Virus record (IMG/VR): IMGVR_UViG_3300046777_000900
Location: 1 to 31,769 of that record
Length of the DNA stretch: 31,769 nucleotides
Source of the DNA: a virus
Taxonomy: Duplodnaviria > Caudoviricetes
Strand: one strand, 5' to 3'
This document shows, one piece after another, positions 1 through 8,503 of this stretch (its first letter is position 1; each line of letters starts with the position of its first letter). Under the pieces are notes generated by a model. The model worked only from the letters and a program-made list of their open reading frames with translations, did not search any database and was not told the DNA's origin. Both the position numbers and the translations under genes were made by a program.

Positions 1-384
1 GTACTCATAAAGCTCCTCATCTTTTTGATTACCACCTACTAATGCGAAACGACCTGTGAATTGGAATCCACCTAAGCCATCGCTAACACCCGGCATAAAG
101 AATCTTTCCTTGCCCGGCTTTTCACCATCCCACCAATCAGCTACTACCACATCTACCCATGCATCTTTACCTTGTTTAGCTAGATAAGGGTCTTTAATCC
201 TATCTCTAGTAGGGATGTTTGCTTTTGGATAAAGTAATGGGTTTCTTTGTCTTTCTTTCTCATCTGGGTCGTTATTTTTAACCCCCGTAAGCATTTCAAA
301 AGTTACAGATTGACCCGGCTCTAGTGGCGGAATCGCTCTTTTTAATTCTTCTGAAATTCCGTTGAATTTTCCAACAACTTGCAT
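1..384 (-). CDS. Hypothetical protein downstream of the capsid gene, truncated by the window edge; probably structural
   Basis: Not in the ORF track. Hand translation from ATG at 384 is open to position 1 (MQVVGKFNGISEELKRAIPPLEPGQSVTFEMLTGVKNNDPDEKERQRNPLLYPK...DEELYEY), with an A-rich leader. The structural role is inferred from position only. Confidence 0.8.
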   Translation of the reverse strand, partial: MQVVGKFNGISEELKRAIPPLEPGQSVTFEMLTGVKNNDPDEKERQRNPLLYPKANIPTRDRIKDPYLAKQGKDAWVDVVVADWWDGEKPGKERFFMPGVSDGLGGFQFTGRFALVGGNQKDEELYEY

Positions 385-409
385 ATTTGTGTTTTTTTTG
401 GTTTAAAAT

Positions 410-973
410 TTAGGCTACATGAGCCCATTTAGTTCCTTTTATAATTTTTTGAACGGTAGTTTTACCTATATCAAACATCAAAGATAAATCCCATAGTGAA
501 AAATTACCACTTTTATATAGCAATTTTATTGCCAAAACCTTTTTTTCATCCAAAATGGCATTTTTTCTTTCGGTTCCTTTTAATATTTTTAATTTTCCTG
601 CCTCAATTGCGTGTTTTGCATTTCTGCTATGGTCGCACCATTCTAAGTTTTCTGCCCTATTATCAGACCTATCACTATTTAAGTGATTTACAATCTTGAA
701 TTTTTCTGGATTTGGATTATCAACAAAAGCTTTGGCAACTAAAACATGAACATTTTGCATCTTTTTAATTCCATCTTTCTTAAAAGATACTACTTTGTAT
801 CCATGACTATTACTTCCGGCTACAATCTTTTCTTTAGAAACCCTCATGCCCTTGCTATGTCTTAATAATCTAGGCAGCATTTTTACCCTACCTAAATTAC
901 TTATCTCATAATAACCATCGTATAAATCGCCTTTAACGCCTATTATAGGCTTCCAAATTTCTACAGGTACCAC
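410..973 (-). CDS. NUMOD4-HNH homing endonuclease, free-standing
   Basis: N-terminal EIWKPI...YEISNLGRVK is the NUMOD4 pattern. VHVLVAKAF...VNHLNSDRSDNRAENLEWCDHSRNAKHA is an HNH motif, and the C-terminus is HTH-like. GTG start. Confidence 0.92.
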   Translation of the reverse strand: MVPVEIWKPIIGVKGDLYDGYYEISNLGRVKMLPRLLRHSKGMRVSKEKIVAGSNSHGYKVVSFKKDGIKKMQNVHVLVAKAFVDNPNPEKFKIVNHLNSDRSDNRAENLEWCDHSRNAKHAIEAGKLKILKGTERKNAILDEKKVLAIKLLYKSGNFSLWDLSLMFDIGKTTVQKIIKGTKWAHVA

Positions 974-983
974 GGTATTGATT

Positions 984-1021
984 TAAAAAAATAAAAGAAA
1001 GGGTGGCATTTAACCACCCTT
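984..1021 (-). terminator. Rho-independent terminator after the major capsid gene
   Basis: Minus strand AAGGGTGG-TTAAATG-CCACCCTT (8-bp stem, 1021-999) is followed by TCTTTTATTTTTTT and begins about 10 nt after the capsid stop codon. Confidence 0.88.
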
Positions 1022-1030
1022 CCAATTGAT

Positions 1031-2386
1031 TTATGACAACACTTGTTGACGTAAAAAGTGCTGCACACCGAGGCACTCGAGCCCCTGCGCAGTTGTCCAA
1101 GAACAAGTCCAGTTCATTGCATCTCCGTTAGGATTTACTGGAGAAATTGCACCGCTATGGATTTCACCAATCATATCGTTACCGAATTTAGTTTGAGCTG
1201 GTACGTATCTTACACGCATTGCTGAATCATAACCACCACCTTGTACTTTAACACGGTTGTTGTAAGGAACATAGTATGCACATTTGTTAATTACAGTTTG
1301 ACCGAATAATACTGGTTGGTCTTGGATTGGCATAGCCATGTAGTTAAGGGTGAAACCACCGTAACTTACTTTGTCTACTTGTAAATCAAGTTCTTTACCG
1401 TCAACAACGATACGAACTGATTGTACGCCAGAAGAACCTAACGCCTTCCAATAGGTGTCATGAGCTCTCTTAACTGCACTTGAACCGAATACTAAATAAT
1501 CTTTAGGAGATTTAGCTGCGATAAGTGTATCAAGAGCATCATCAATGTTTGCTTTTTGTACTGTACCTAAAGTACCGTTAACGATTGTGTTACCGTACAT
1601 CTCGATGTATTTGTTTAAACCACGAGTTGTTTGTACTGGTCCACCACCATCACTACCAGAAGTATTACCATCAGTAAGGATAGGGTTAGTATCACTGAAA
1701 GTAGTAACTGACATATCACCAGCGATGAAAGCAGCGTTGATTTTACCTTTAAGTAAAATTGCTTTTTCAAGATGGTCTTTAACGATAAATTTGTTTTGAC
1801 CGTTGAATTCAACTTCAATAGTTGCAGCGTTTTGAACGTCTGTAATTTTTGAAATTTCACGGAAGATTTGGTACTTGTTAGTGTACTTAGTTAAACCGAA
1901 ACGTAAGTTAGTTTGGCTTACTGAGTTTTCACCAACAGCTACTGAGAATAAAGATAATTTATCACCAGCAGTTAAAGTCATGTTAGCACCAGATACAGAT
2001 TTAATGTATACAGTGTCAACACCTGAAGTTGTTACTACGTTTGTAACGATAGCAGAGATAGCACCAGTTGGAACTAGAACTAAATCATCTTTACGAGCTT
2101 GACCTGAAGTCGCAGTAGTACAAGTAAAGTTGATAGAAGTTGTACCAGAACCATTTACAGTACCACCAGTTGTATCAAGAAGTTTGAATAAAGCTTCGTT
2201 TACAAAAGTGTAATAAATAGGTTGACCAGTCATGATAGGCTTCTTTCTGTCGCCTAACCATAAGATGTCTGTTAAAGCGTCATCGTTCTGAATATCAGTA
2301 ACGAGTTTGTTAATCTCTCTCGTATCAAGCACAGGGTCGATTGCGCTGACGTAGGATTTGGTAATGTTACCTAAATTGTTTGCCAT
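1031..2386 (-). CDS. Major capsid protein (HK97 fold with insertion domain)
   Basis: 451 aa, located after the portal and an acidic scaffold-like gene and followed by a terminator. It has capsid-like segments (NKYQIFREISKIT, TTRGLNKYIE, TTAQGLECLG) and codons typical of high expression (CGT, GGT, AAC, TAC). Confidence 0.85.
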   Translation of the reverse strand: MANNLGNITKSYVSAIDPVLDTREINKLVTDIQNDDALTDILWLGDRKKPIMTGQPIYYTFVNEALFKLLDTTGGTVNGSGTTSINFTCTTATSGQARKDDLVLVPTGAISAIVTNVVTTSGVDTVYIKSVSGANMTLTAGDKLSLFSVAVGENSVSQTNLRFGLTKYTNKYQIFREISKITDVQNAATIEVEFNGQNKFIVKDHLEKAILLKGKINAAFIAGDMSVTTFSDTNPILTDGNTSGSDGGGPVQTTRGLNKYIEMYGNTIVNGTLGTVQKANIDDALDTLIAAKSPKDYLVFGSSAVKRAHDTYWKALGSSGVQSVRIVVDGKELDLQVDKVSYGGFTLNYMAMPIQDQPVLFGQTVINKCAYYVPYNNRVKVQGGGYDSAMRVRYVPAQTKFGNDMIGEIHSGAISPVNPNGDAMNWTCSWTTAQGLECLGVQHFLRQQVLS

Positions 2387-2428
2387 TTTAAGTCTTTTTA
2401 ATTTTTTTTAAGTAAAAGTTTTTAATTT

Positions 2429-3568
2429 TTACCTGCCTATGGTTCCCATTTTAGCCCTTGAGCCAAAAGCTTCACCTAAAGATTCATTGGGTTGGGCAGG
2501 TACGCTACCAACAGGTCTGCGTGCGTTTTGTCCTTCTTCAATGATAGCTTTCAATCCCAATGACTTTCCATAATTCACAAGGTCTTTCTCATAGTTTGGA
2601 TTAAGAGCGACTAATGCAATTTTTTGCAATTTAGCCACATCTGGAATAAGCTTTGCTGGGTCCGCCTCTTGCGGATTTACAGAAATTGCTCTTTGCCACT
2701 TTTCTCCATCCAACGCTACTGCCATTAAATTTTCAGGTTTATCAATATTAAAATTGAATTTGCCATTATCTCCTAAATCAATCGCAACTCTTTTGCTTTC
2801 TAGTAAGGATTTTGTGGCATCATGTTCCCTGAAAAACTGGAGAACTTGTTGTTGTTGTTCTGCAAGAACTCGCTCCTGCTCTGCATATTGAAGTTGGTTG
2901 TCCACCTCTTGTGGCCTACTAACCTCTGGTATACGGAACTGTTGCTGTTCATAGATTCTTTTTTGTCTAACTAATTCCGCATCTGCTTCTAACTGAATCA
3001 ATCCAATTTCTCTATCTTCATCAGACGCAAAATCGCTTTGCTTATATCTTGCTTGATACAACTTCTCAATCTTATCATCGCTAAGATTAGGATATTGTAA
3101 TTTCAATTCGTCAAAAACTAAATCAGTGTGAGATACATTATTCCAATCAAAAGCCTTTGCTTCAAGGAACTTATACGCATCACCACCATTTTTTCTAAAT
3201 TCTGCGAAATCGGCAACAAATTCATCATAACCTAGTTCTTTTAAAATTTCTTTAGGGTCTGACTTTCTTAATTGCTCTTTCCAATCAGTTACTTGAACTT
3301 GTGCAGAAGATTGAGATTCTTCAGTGCTATCTTCAACAGATTCTTCACCAAAGCTAGGCATAGAAAATGCTGTTACATTTTCTTCCAATTGAGCTTCAGG
3401 CTCCGTTACAACTGTAGAAGAAGGTTCTTCATTAACTACTGGCTCTGCACTTTCAGCTTGAATAGGTGCGGCAGGCTCTACGGACTCATCTTGAGGCATA
3501 GGAATACCGGTACTCATTCTATAAACTGGTTTTTGTTCTTGTGGTTGTTCTTGTTCTAATTCTGACAT
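2429..3568 (-). CDS. Putative capsid scaffolding protein
   Basis: Very acidic, low-complexity N-terminus and a helical Q/E-rich middle; lies immediately upstream of the capsid gene. Confidence 0.62.
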   Translation of the reverse strand: MSELEQEQPQEQKPVYRMSTGIPMPQDESVEPAAPIQAESAEPVVNEEPSSTVVTEPEAQLEENVTAFSMPSFGEESVEDSTEESQSSAQVQVTDWKEQLRKSDPKEILKELGYDEFVADFAEFRKNGGDAYKFLEAKAFDWNNVSHTDLVFDELKLQYPNLSDDKIEKLYQARYKQSDFASDEDREIGLIQLEADAELVRQKRIYEQQQFRIPEVSRPQEVDNQLQYAEQERVLAEQQQQVLQFFREHDATKSLLESKRVAIDLGDNGKFNFNIDKPENLMAVALDGEKWQRAISVNPQEADPAKLIPDVAKLQKIALVALNPNYEKDLVNYGKSLGLKAIIEEGQNARRPVGSVPAQPNESLGEAFGSRAKMGTIGR

Positions 3569-3585
3569 AAATGTGTTTTTCGTTA

Positions 3586-3593
3586 CGAAAATA
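3586..3593 (-). promoter_or_regulatory. Bacteroidota -7-like promoter box (TATTTTCG) upstream of scaffold/capsid
   Basis: One mismatch to TAnnTTTG, in an intergenic gap 17 nt before the ATG at 3568. Confidence 0.5.
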
Positions 3594-3622
3594 ATAAAAT
3601 TTAGTTAAAAAAATAAATTTAT

Positions 3623-4117
3623 TTAATTTTTTCTCATACCCTTGTCAAAGAATAAAATCTCTTTGTTTTCTTCTGCTATTTTATATTTAGCTAACAAGTC
3701 ACCATACTCACCTACAGCCTTTCTTTGAATTTCCATAAATTGCAATAAGAACTGAGCAACCACACAATCTTCTTCTTCGGCTTCTTGGTAAAACTTCTTA
3801 TACTGATTATACACTTCCAACTCTGTTTCATATCCAATTTCCAAAGAATCACCAAGTGTTTTAATCTTGTCTGTAATTGCGTCAATCTTAGGAACGTCTG
3901 CGCAATCGCCCATGTCGTTCATAAATTCAACAATCATTTGGTAGTGAGTCAATTCCTCTGCACTTTCTGCTAAAAAATATGATTGAGTACCAAACAAACC
4001 TAATCTTTGCAATTGATTTGCTAGGCTTTTCCATAAGTTAGATTGATATAGCTCTACATACAAAGCATCTTGTAGACCCTTTCTCATTTTACCGCTAAGT
4101 AATGATTTAACTTCCAT
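3623..4117 (-). CDS. Ferritin-like protein
   Basis: 164 aa with ELYQSNL, YFLAESAEELTHYQMIVEFM, ETELEV and QFLLQFMEIQ in the spacing of the ferritin four-helix bundle and its ferroxidase ligands. Confidence 0.88.
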   Translation of the reverse strand: MEVKSLLSGKMRKGLQDALYVELYQSNLWKSLANQLQRLGLFGTQSYFLAESAEELTHYQMIVEFMNDMGDCADVPKIDAITDKIKTLGDSLEIGYETELEVYNQYKKFYQEAEEEDCVVAQFLLQFMEIQRKAVGEYGDLLAKYKIAEENKEILFFDKGMRKN

Positions 4118-4124
4118 CTTATTT

Positions 4125-6452
4125 TTATTTTTTATTGTTGTTAACTGTTATTTTAGCTTCTGCTGAAATTCTTTGAGCAATAACTTTTGCATCACTTTGA
4201 ATCTTAGCTTCTTGAATATCGCTTTCTTTCTTACCCATTTGGATAATATACTCCCATTGCTTCTCAGCATTTATCTTAGCAATATCAACTTCTAACTGTG
4301 TTTGTAAAGTAGTTCTTCTTTCTTGTTCCGCAACCTGAGCCGCCTGAGCGTTACCTTGCGTTTGTTGTTGAATTTTTTGTAACTCAAACTGCTGCATTTG
4401 CTCTCTGCGCTTTTTGATTCTGTAAGCCAAAATCATAGAAGCCATTTTCAAATTACGGCAGCTCATTACTAAAATCTTATCTTCAGGTTCAATCAAACCT
4501 TGAGAGTCACGAATATTTAATTCCTGAATCAATTGTTGTCTTTCATAATCTTGAGGTGCATCTTCAATAAAAATACCAAACTCATGAATAGATAGATTAG
4601 GATTGATTTGTAAAAACTTAACTGTTTCTTCACCCAAAGCTTTAGCTACACCCTGAACCTTTCCTAACTTAACAGCTATCTGAACTTTTGCAACAACTGC
4701 ATCTGCTAAAGATTGAATTAATTGCTTATCTGCAAAGCTTAATAAATAAAGAGCATTGTTTGTACTTTCCATCGCTGCATTTGCAACCGGAACCAATGTT
4801 CTTGCATTTGGAGTAGAGCCATCTGTTAATTCATTCAATCCAGACACTTGACGCATTAAATCAATAGTGCGCATTAAGTCATCATACAATTGTCCGAATA
4901 CAGCTAGTTGACCTGAAGCTTCAATACTTACGGGCTTGTAATTAGGGTTTTGGCTTAACAAGTCTGTTGAACGATAAGGAACAACAAAGTTTGAGAAAAT
5001 GAAATCCATAACTTTAGTAGGATTCATTTTTTCTCCACCGCCGCCAAAGTCTACGCCCTCAAGCGCATTAAGGTCAATATTGATTAAGTACGGAATAAGC
5101 TTATTAGCCATATTCTGTAATCTAAACCAAGCTAAACAAGCTTTATCTTCTAATGGAATAAGTCTTTCTGTAACACCAGCAAAACGCATCTTATAGAAGT
5201 TCCAAGCATATAACTGAATATTCAATTGAGTATCCCACCAAGATGATGGTTTTCTAATTTGGTTTTCAGACATACCCCAATCATACATGAAATCAGTCAT
5301 TACAACCCACTTACACTTATAAACAACCTTTTTGGTTACAGGCATAAAAACAGGTTCTGCTTGACCTTTACTTTCAGTTTGGCTCATTGGCTTATTAAAT
5401 TCAGCTTCTAGTGAGCCCAATTGATTAACAGCCATTCTTGATGCAGCCTGATATTTTGTTTTACCAAATCTTATATTACCACGACCATCTACTTCTTCTT
5501 TGTAAGTATAATCGTTCCATGATAAAAATTCAAAATCTAAAACTAATATTTTAAATCTATTCCAATATTTAGAATAGTCAGTTCCGTACATAAAGTTTGA
5601 TGGGTTACCAAATCTTCCTGCAACAGAAGTAACCATTTGATTCATTTGGTCTGCTGTAAAATACGGAGCTAAATCTCCTATATACATTTCTCTTACTTCA
5701 CCCCAATGCACTAAATCAGAAAAATCACTTTTTGCACAATAAGATAAAACCATGTTTTCAGGGTTAATTTCTCTTATTTTAACGTGACCATTTTCATCAA
5801 TCCATTGAGTATAACCACCCATCCCAAAATCAAATAGATTTTCTATAGTTCTTTTTCGCTTGTCATCAAATTTATTTTGATAAAAAGCTAATGATACAGC
5901 TTGCTCTGCCTCCATAGACATTACGTGCTTGTATCCAAACTGTTGTTCCATTTCTAATTGCTCCATATCCTGCGGCTCTCCGGGAGCTGGTGCTAATACA
6001 GGGCTATCTGCAAGTTCTTCTCCTCCAGCTTTCTTCAATGCTTCACGCATCATAATCTTAACCTTCATTTCATTGAAGTAAGCATCTTCTTCACTTTTAG
6101 CTAATGGGTCTACAGCAAACGCTTGAATATCATATCTCCTTTGCACCAATTTTGAAATAGCAATCTCCCTAAATTTAGTCAAGAATGATGGCGGAGTCCA
6201 GTCAATATTCAACCAGCTTTTATCTGTTTGCTCATCAGCGAGCAACATTTTTTTATATTTAGTTGTACTTTGTCTACCTAATGCATACTCTCTAATTTCG
6301 TTCATTTTTGATTGACCGAAATTGAGCATATTGTTTGGTACATAACCACGGGAATCACCCCAAGCTGCCTTTACATAAGATAAAATCCAATCGTAACCCT
6401 TTTCTCTTGGGTCTATCTGTTGATTGGGATACGTATTCGTTTGTTGCTGCAT
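4125..6452 (-). CDS. Portal protein
   Basis: Large helical protein with REYALGRQSTTKYK, WLNIDWTP..FLTKFREI and MRQVSGLNELTDGSTP, plus a Q-rich coiled-coil C-terminus, as in Bacteroidota phage portals. ATG at 6452 (MQQQTN) is preferred over the track's start at 6479. Confidence 0.88.
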   Translation of the reverse strand: MQQQTNTYPNQQIDPREKGYDWILSYVKAAWGDSRGYVPNNMLNFGQSKMNEIREYALGRQSTTKYKKMLLADEQTDKSWLNIDWTPPSFLTKFREIAISKLVQRRYDIQAFAVDPLAKSEEDAYFNEMKVKIMMREALKKAGGEELADSPVLAPAPGEPQDMEQLEMEQQFGYKHVMSMEAEQAVSLAFYQNKFDDKRKRTIENLFDFGMGGYTQWIDENGHVKIREINPENMVLSYCAKSDFSDLVHWGEVREMYIGDLAPYFTADQMNQMVTSVAGRFGNPSNFMYGTDYSKYWNRFKILVLDFEFLSWNDYTYKEEVDGRGNIRFGKTKYQAASRMAVNQLGSLEAEFNKPMSQTESKGQAEPVFMPVTKKVVYKCKWVVMTDFMYDWGMSENQIRKPSSWWDTQLNIQLYAWNFYKMRFAGVTERLIPLEDKACLAWFRLQNMANKLIPYLINIDLNALEGVDFGGGGEKMNPTKVMDFIFSNFVVPYRSTDLLSQNPNYKPVSIEASGQLAVFGQLYDDLMRTIDLMRQVSGLNELTDGSTPNARTLVPVANAAMESTNNALYLLSFADKQLIQSLADAVVAKVQIAVKLGKVQGVAKALGEETVKFLQINPNLSIHEFGIFIEDAPQDYERQQLIQELNIRDSQGLIEPEDKILVMSCRNLKMASMILAYRIKKRREQMQQFELQKIQQQTQGNAQAAQVAEQERRTTLQTQLEVDIAKINAEKQWEYIIQMGKKESDIQEAKIQSDAKVIAQRISAEAKITVNNNKK

Positions 6453-6476
6453 TACTATGCTAAATTTAAGGTTACC

Positions 6477-6484
6477 CAAAAATA
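6477..6484 (-). promoter_or_regulatory. -7 promoter box (TATTTTTG) upstream of portal
   Basis: Exact TAnnTTTG match in the intergenic gap, 24 nt before ATG 6452. Confidence 0.55.
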
Positions 6485-6530
6485 CTTAAAACTATGTTAA
6501 AAATACAAAATAATTTATTTAAAAATTAAT

Positions 6531-7076
6531 TTAATATAATTCACGTCCTTTAAGCAAATCGTCATAATTCATATCCATCTTTGTATTATATGAAAATCCA
6601 TTATATTGGATGGCTATAAATGGGTTACAAACATAGTATTTTCCCAAATTCGACAATGCCCTATCTATATGCTCATCATCAGGAACACTTAAATATTCAT
6701 CATAAAATCTTTCATTAACTATATAACAATGAAAACCTGTAAATGATTTAACAGAATTGTCATCTAAAATTTCACCTAAATATATCCCACTTAAATAAAT
6801 ATCAAAATCTTTTGGCTTATTTTCCAAAAAATACTTAAAACTATTAGGATTTGTAAACCTAACATCATCCTCCATTATACATATTTCCTTGAGTCCATTA
6901 TCTTTTGCAAACTGAACGCATTGTTTATGAGCTAGATTAATACCTTTCATAACAGAATATTGGTCATGGATAGCCGGAAATATCTGATAATGTCTTATAT
7001 CTTGTCCAATAAACTCCTGCATAAGCCTGTCAAACCTATCGTGAGAATCAAAATTGTGGATAACCGCTATCTTCAC
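6531..7076 (-). CDS. Glycosyltransferase, GT25-like (second copy)
   Basis: GINLAHKQC, ICIMEDDVRF, FDIYLSG, GFHCYIVN, HIDRAL and PFIAIQYNGFS match the GT25 pattern. Its GTG start overlaps the upstream TGA stop. Confidence 0.8.
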   Translation of the reverse strand: MKIAVIHNFDSHDRFDRLMQEFIGQDIRHYQIFPAIHDQYSVMKGINLAHKQCVQFAKDNGLKEICIMEDDVRFTNPNSFKYFLENKPKDFDIYLSGIYLGEILDDNSVKSFTGFHCYIVNERFYDEYLSVPDDEHIDRALSNLGKYYVCNPFIAIQYNGFSYNTKMDMNYDDLLKGRELY

Positions 7077-7876
7077 TTTTCTAAAATCTTAATTATGTTA
7101 TTAAGCGCTCCTTCGTAAGTATAATACTCTTTGTATATTTCACCTATTCTTTCTTGTTTATCAACTATTTCTAAATTAGAAATACTTCCCAAGATTTGCT
7201 CTATCCTATCAGCATCCCTTTCTTCTATTATAATACCAAAATCTCTAAAGTCTAAATCAAAAGGATTAACAAATTCATCAGATATATATACCGGTATGGT
7301 TAAATATTGCATACATTCTGCTATCCTAAAGCTATTTAATCCATAACCCCTAGGGCACAAGCCAAATAAAGATTCTGATATAATATCACAAAACTGGTTT
7401 ATATCATGACCCCTATCTGATATGTAGTAGTCTGGATTCAATATATTAAATACGTGTTCACGGATTGGATGAGTATGCGTTCCAATAAACGAAGCGAATC
7501 TGCGCTTACGCCCATCCCATTCAAAAGAGTGAGGCATACAAAGAAGTGGTATTTCTACGCCCACCTTCTTACTCATGCTAAACTGAAGAACATCTAAGTC
7601 TTTCAGGTCAATAATAATACCGTCATCATATTGGCAAATTGTCCAATACTTTTTATCTCTTGGTAAGTTGTCCACATATTTCTGTAGTTTATCAATAGCC
7701 TGCTTGTCATTGCCATAACTATTATTAACATGGTATGCGGTCCATTGTATTGGCAAATACTCTCTTTCTGTCTGAGGTATATATTGCCTTGTTACCCAAT
7801 CTTCAAAAATAAAAATATTTTCAAAAGGATAAATAGTATTTATCGTTGGTGTAAATTCTGAAGGTACATTTATCAT
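7073..7876 (-). CDS. Exostosin-family (GT47) glycosyltransferase
   Basis: C-terminal SLFGLCPRGYGLNSFRIAECMQYLTIPVYISDEFVNPF is the exostosin/GT47 signature. ATG at 7876 is preferred over the TTG at 7894. Confidence 0.85.
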   Translation of the reverse strand: MINVPSEFTPTINTIYPFENIFIFEDWVTRQYIPQTEREYLPIQWTAYHVNNSYGNDKQAIDKLQKYVDNLPRDKKYWTICQYDDGIIIDLKDLDVLQFSMSKKVGVEIPLLCMPHSFEWDGRKRRFASFIGTHTHPIREHVFNILNPDYYISDRGHDINQFCDIISESLFGLCPRGYGLNSFRIAECMQYLTIPVYISDEFVNPFDLDFRDFGIIIEERDADRIEQILGSISNLEIVDKQERIGEIYKEYYTYEGALNNIIKILEK

Positions 7877-7878
7877 AA

Positions 7879-8502
7879 TTATTTTTTTATCCAAATAGCA
7901 TCACCCCAAGAGTGATAATGTGAGGCCCACTTTGTTTCTACTCTGTGAAATCCAAAAGGCAAAAGAAATTCATCTAACTCCTCTACCATAGGACAACCCT
8001 TATAAGTTTCCTGTCTATTAACTTCTAAGTACAATAAATCAAATTGAGGTAAAACACTTTGAGAGCCTTTCAGAACTTCTAGCTCGTAACCCTGAGTATC
8101 AACCATAAATAGATTGTACCATGTTGGGAATCCAATGCTATCCAATGTAACTATCTTAACAACTTGTGGGTCACCATTAAAAATTACTTCAGAGTGTTGT
8201 TCCAAATGCACAAATGGCTCTAGCAGGCTGTTGCTTTGTCCTTGATTAGTCGTATCTACACACATAACACCCATATCTTCTTTACTTCCGATAGCTACGT
8301 TTTCTAATTTGACGCTAGGGTTACCTGCAAATTTTTGAACTAAAACTTCAAATGCTTCTTTGATTGGCTCTACATATAAGAATCCTTTTAGACCACAATC
8401 AATGTAATCGTCATGTTCTTCAGCCCAATGAGCTCCAACGTGAACAACTCCATTCAATTTAATATCATACTTATCAAGTACGGGTTTTAATGGTATTAAC
8501 AT
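7879..8502 (-). CDS. FkbM-family SAM-dependent methyltransferase
   Basis: VVHVGAHWAEE, YVEP, VTLD, MVDTQGYELEVLKG, LYLEVN and WGDAIW. ATG at 8502 lies just after the epimerase stop. Confidence 0.9.
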   Translation of the reverse strand: MLIPLKPVLDKYDIKLNGVVHVGAHWAEEHDDYIDCGLKGFLYVEPIKEAFEVLVQKFAGNPSVKLENVAIGSKEDMGVMCVDTTNQGQSNSLLEPFVHLEQHSEVIFNGDPQVVKIVTLDSIGFPTWYNLFMVDTQGYELEVLKGSQSVLPQFDLLYLEVNRQETYKGCPMVEELDEFLLPFGFHRVETKWASHYHSWGDAIWIKK

Positions 8503-8503
8503 A

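Noticed and set aside
1615-1860. 81-aa alternate-frame ORF inside the capsid gene
   Set aside because: L/K/V-rich +1 shadow explained by biased codon use in a highly expressed gene; no initiation signals.
410-2386. Group I intron or intein associated with the HNH or capsid gene
   Set aside because: The capsid ORF ends normally with a terminator, the next gene has its own ATG, and there is no non-coding room for an intron core. No intein motifs were seen in the capsid protein or terminase.
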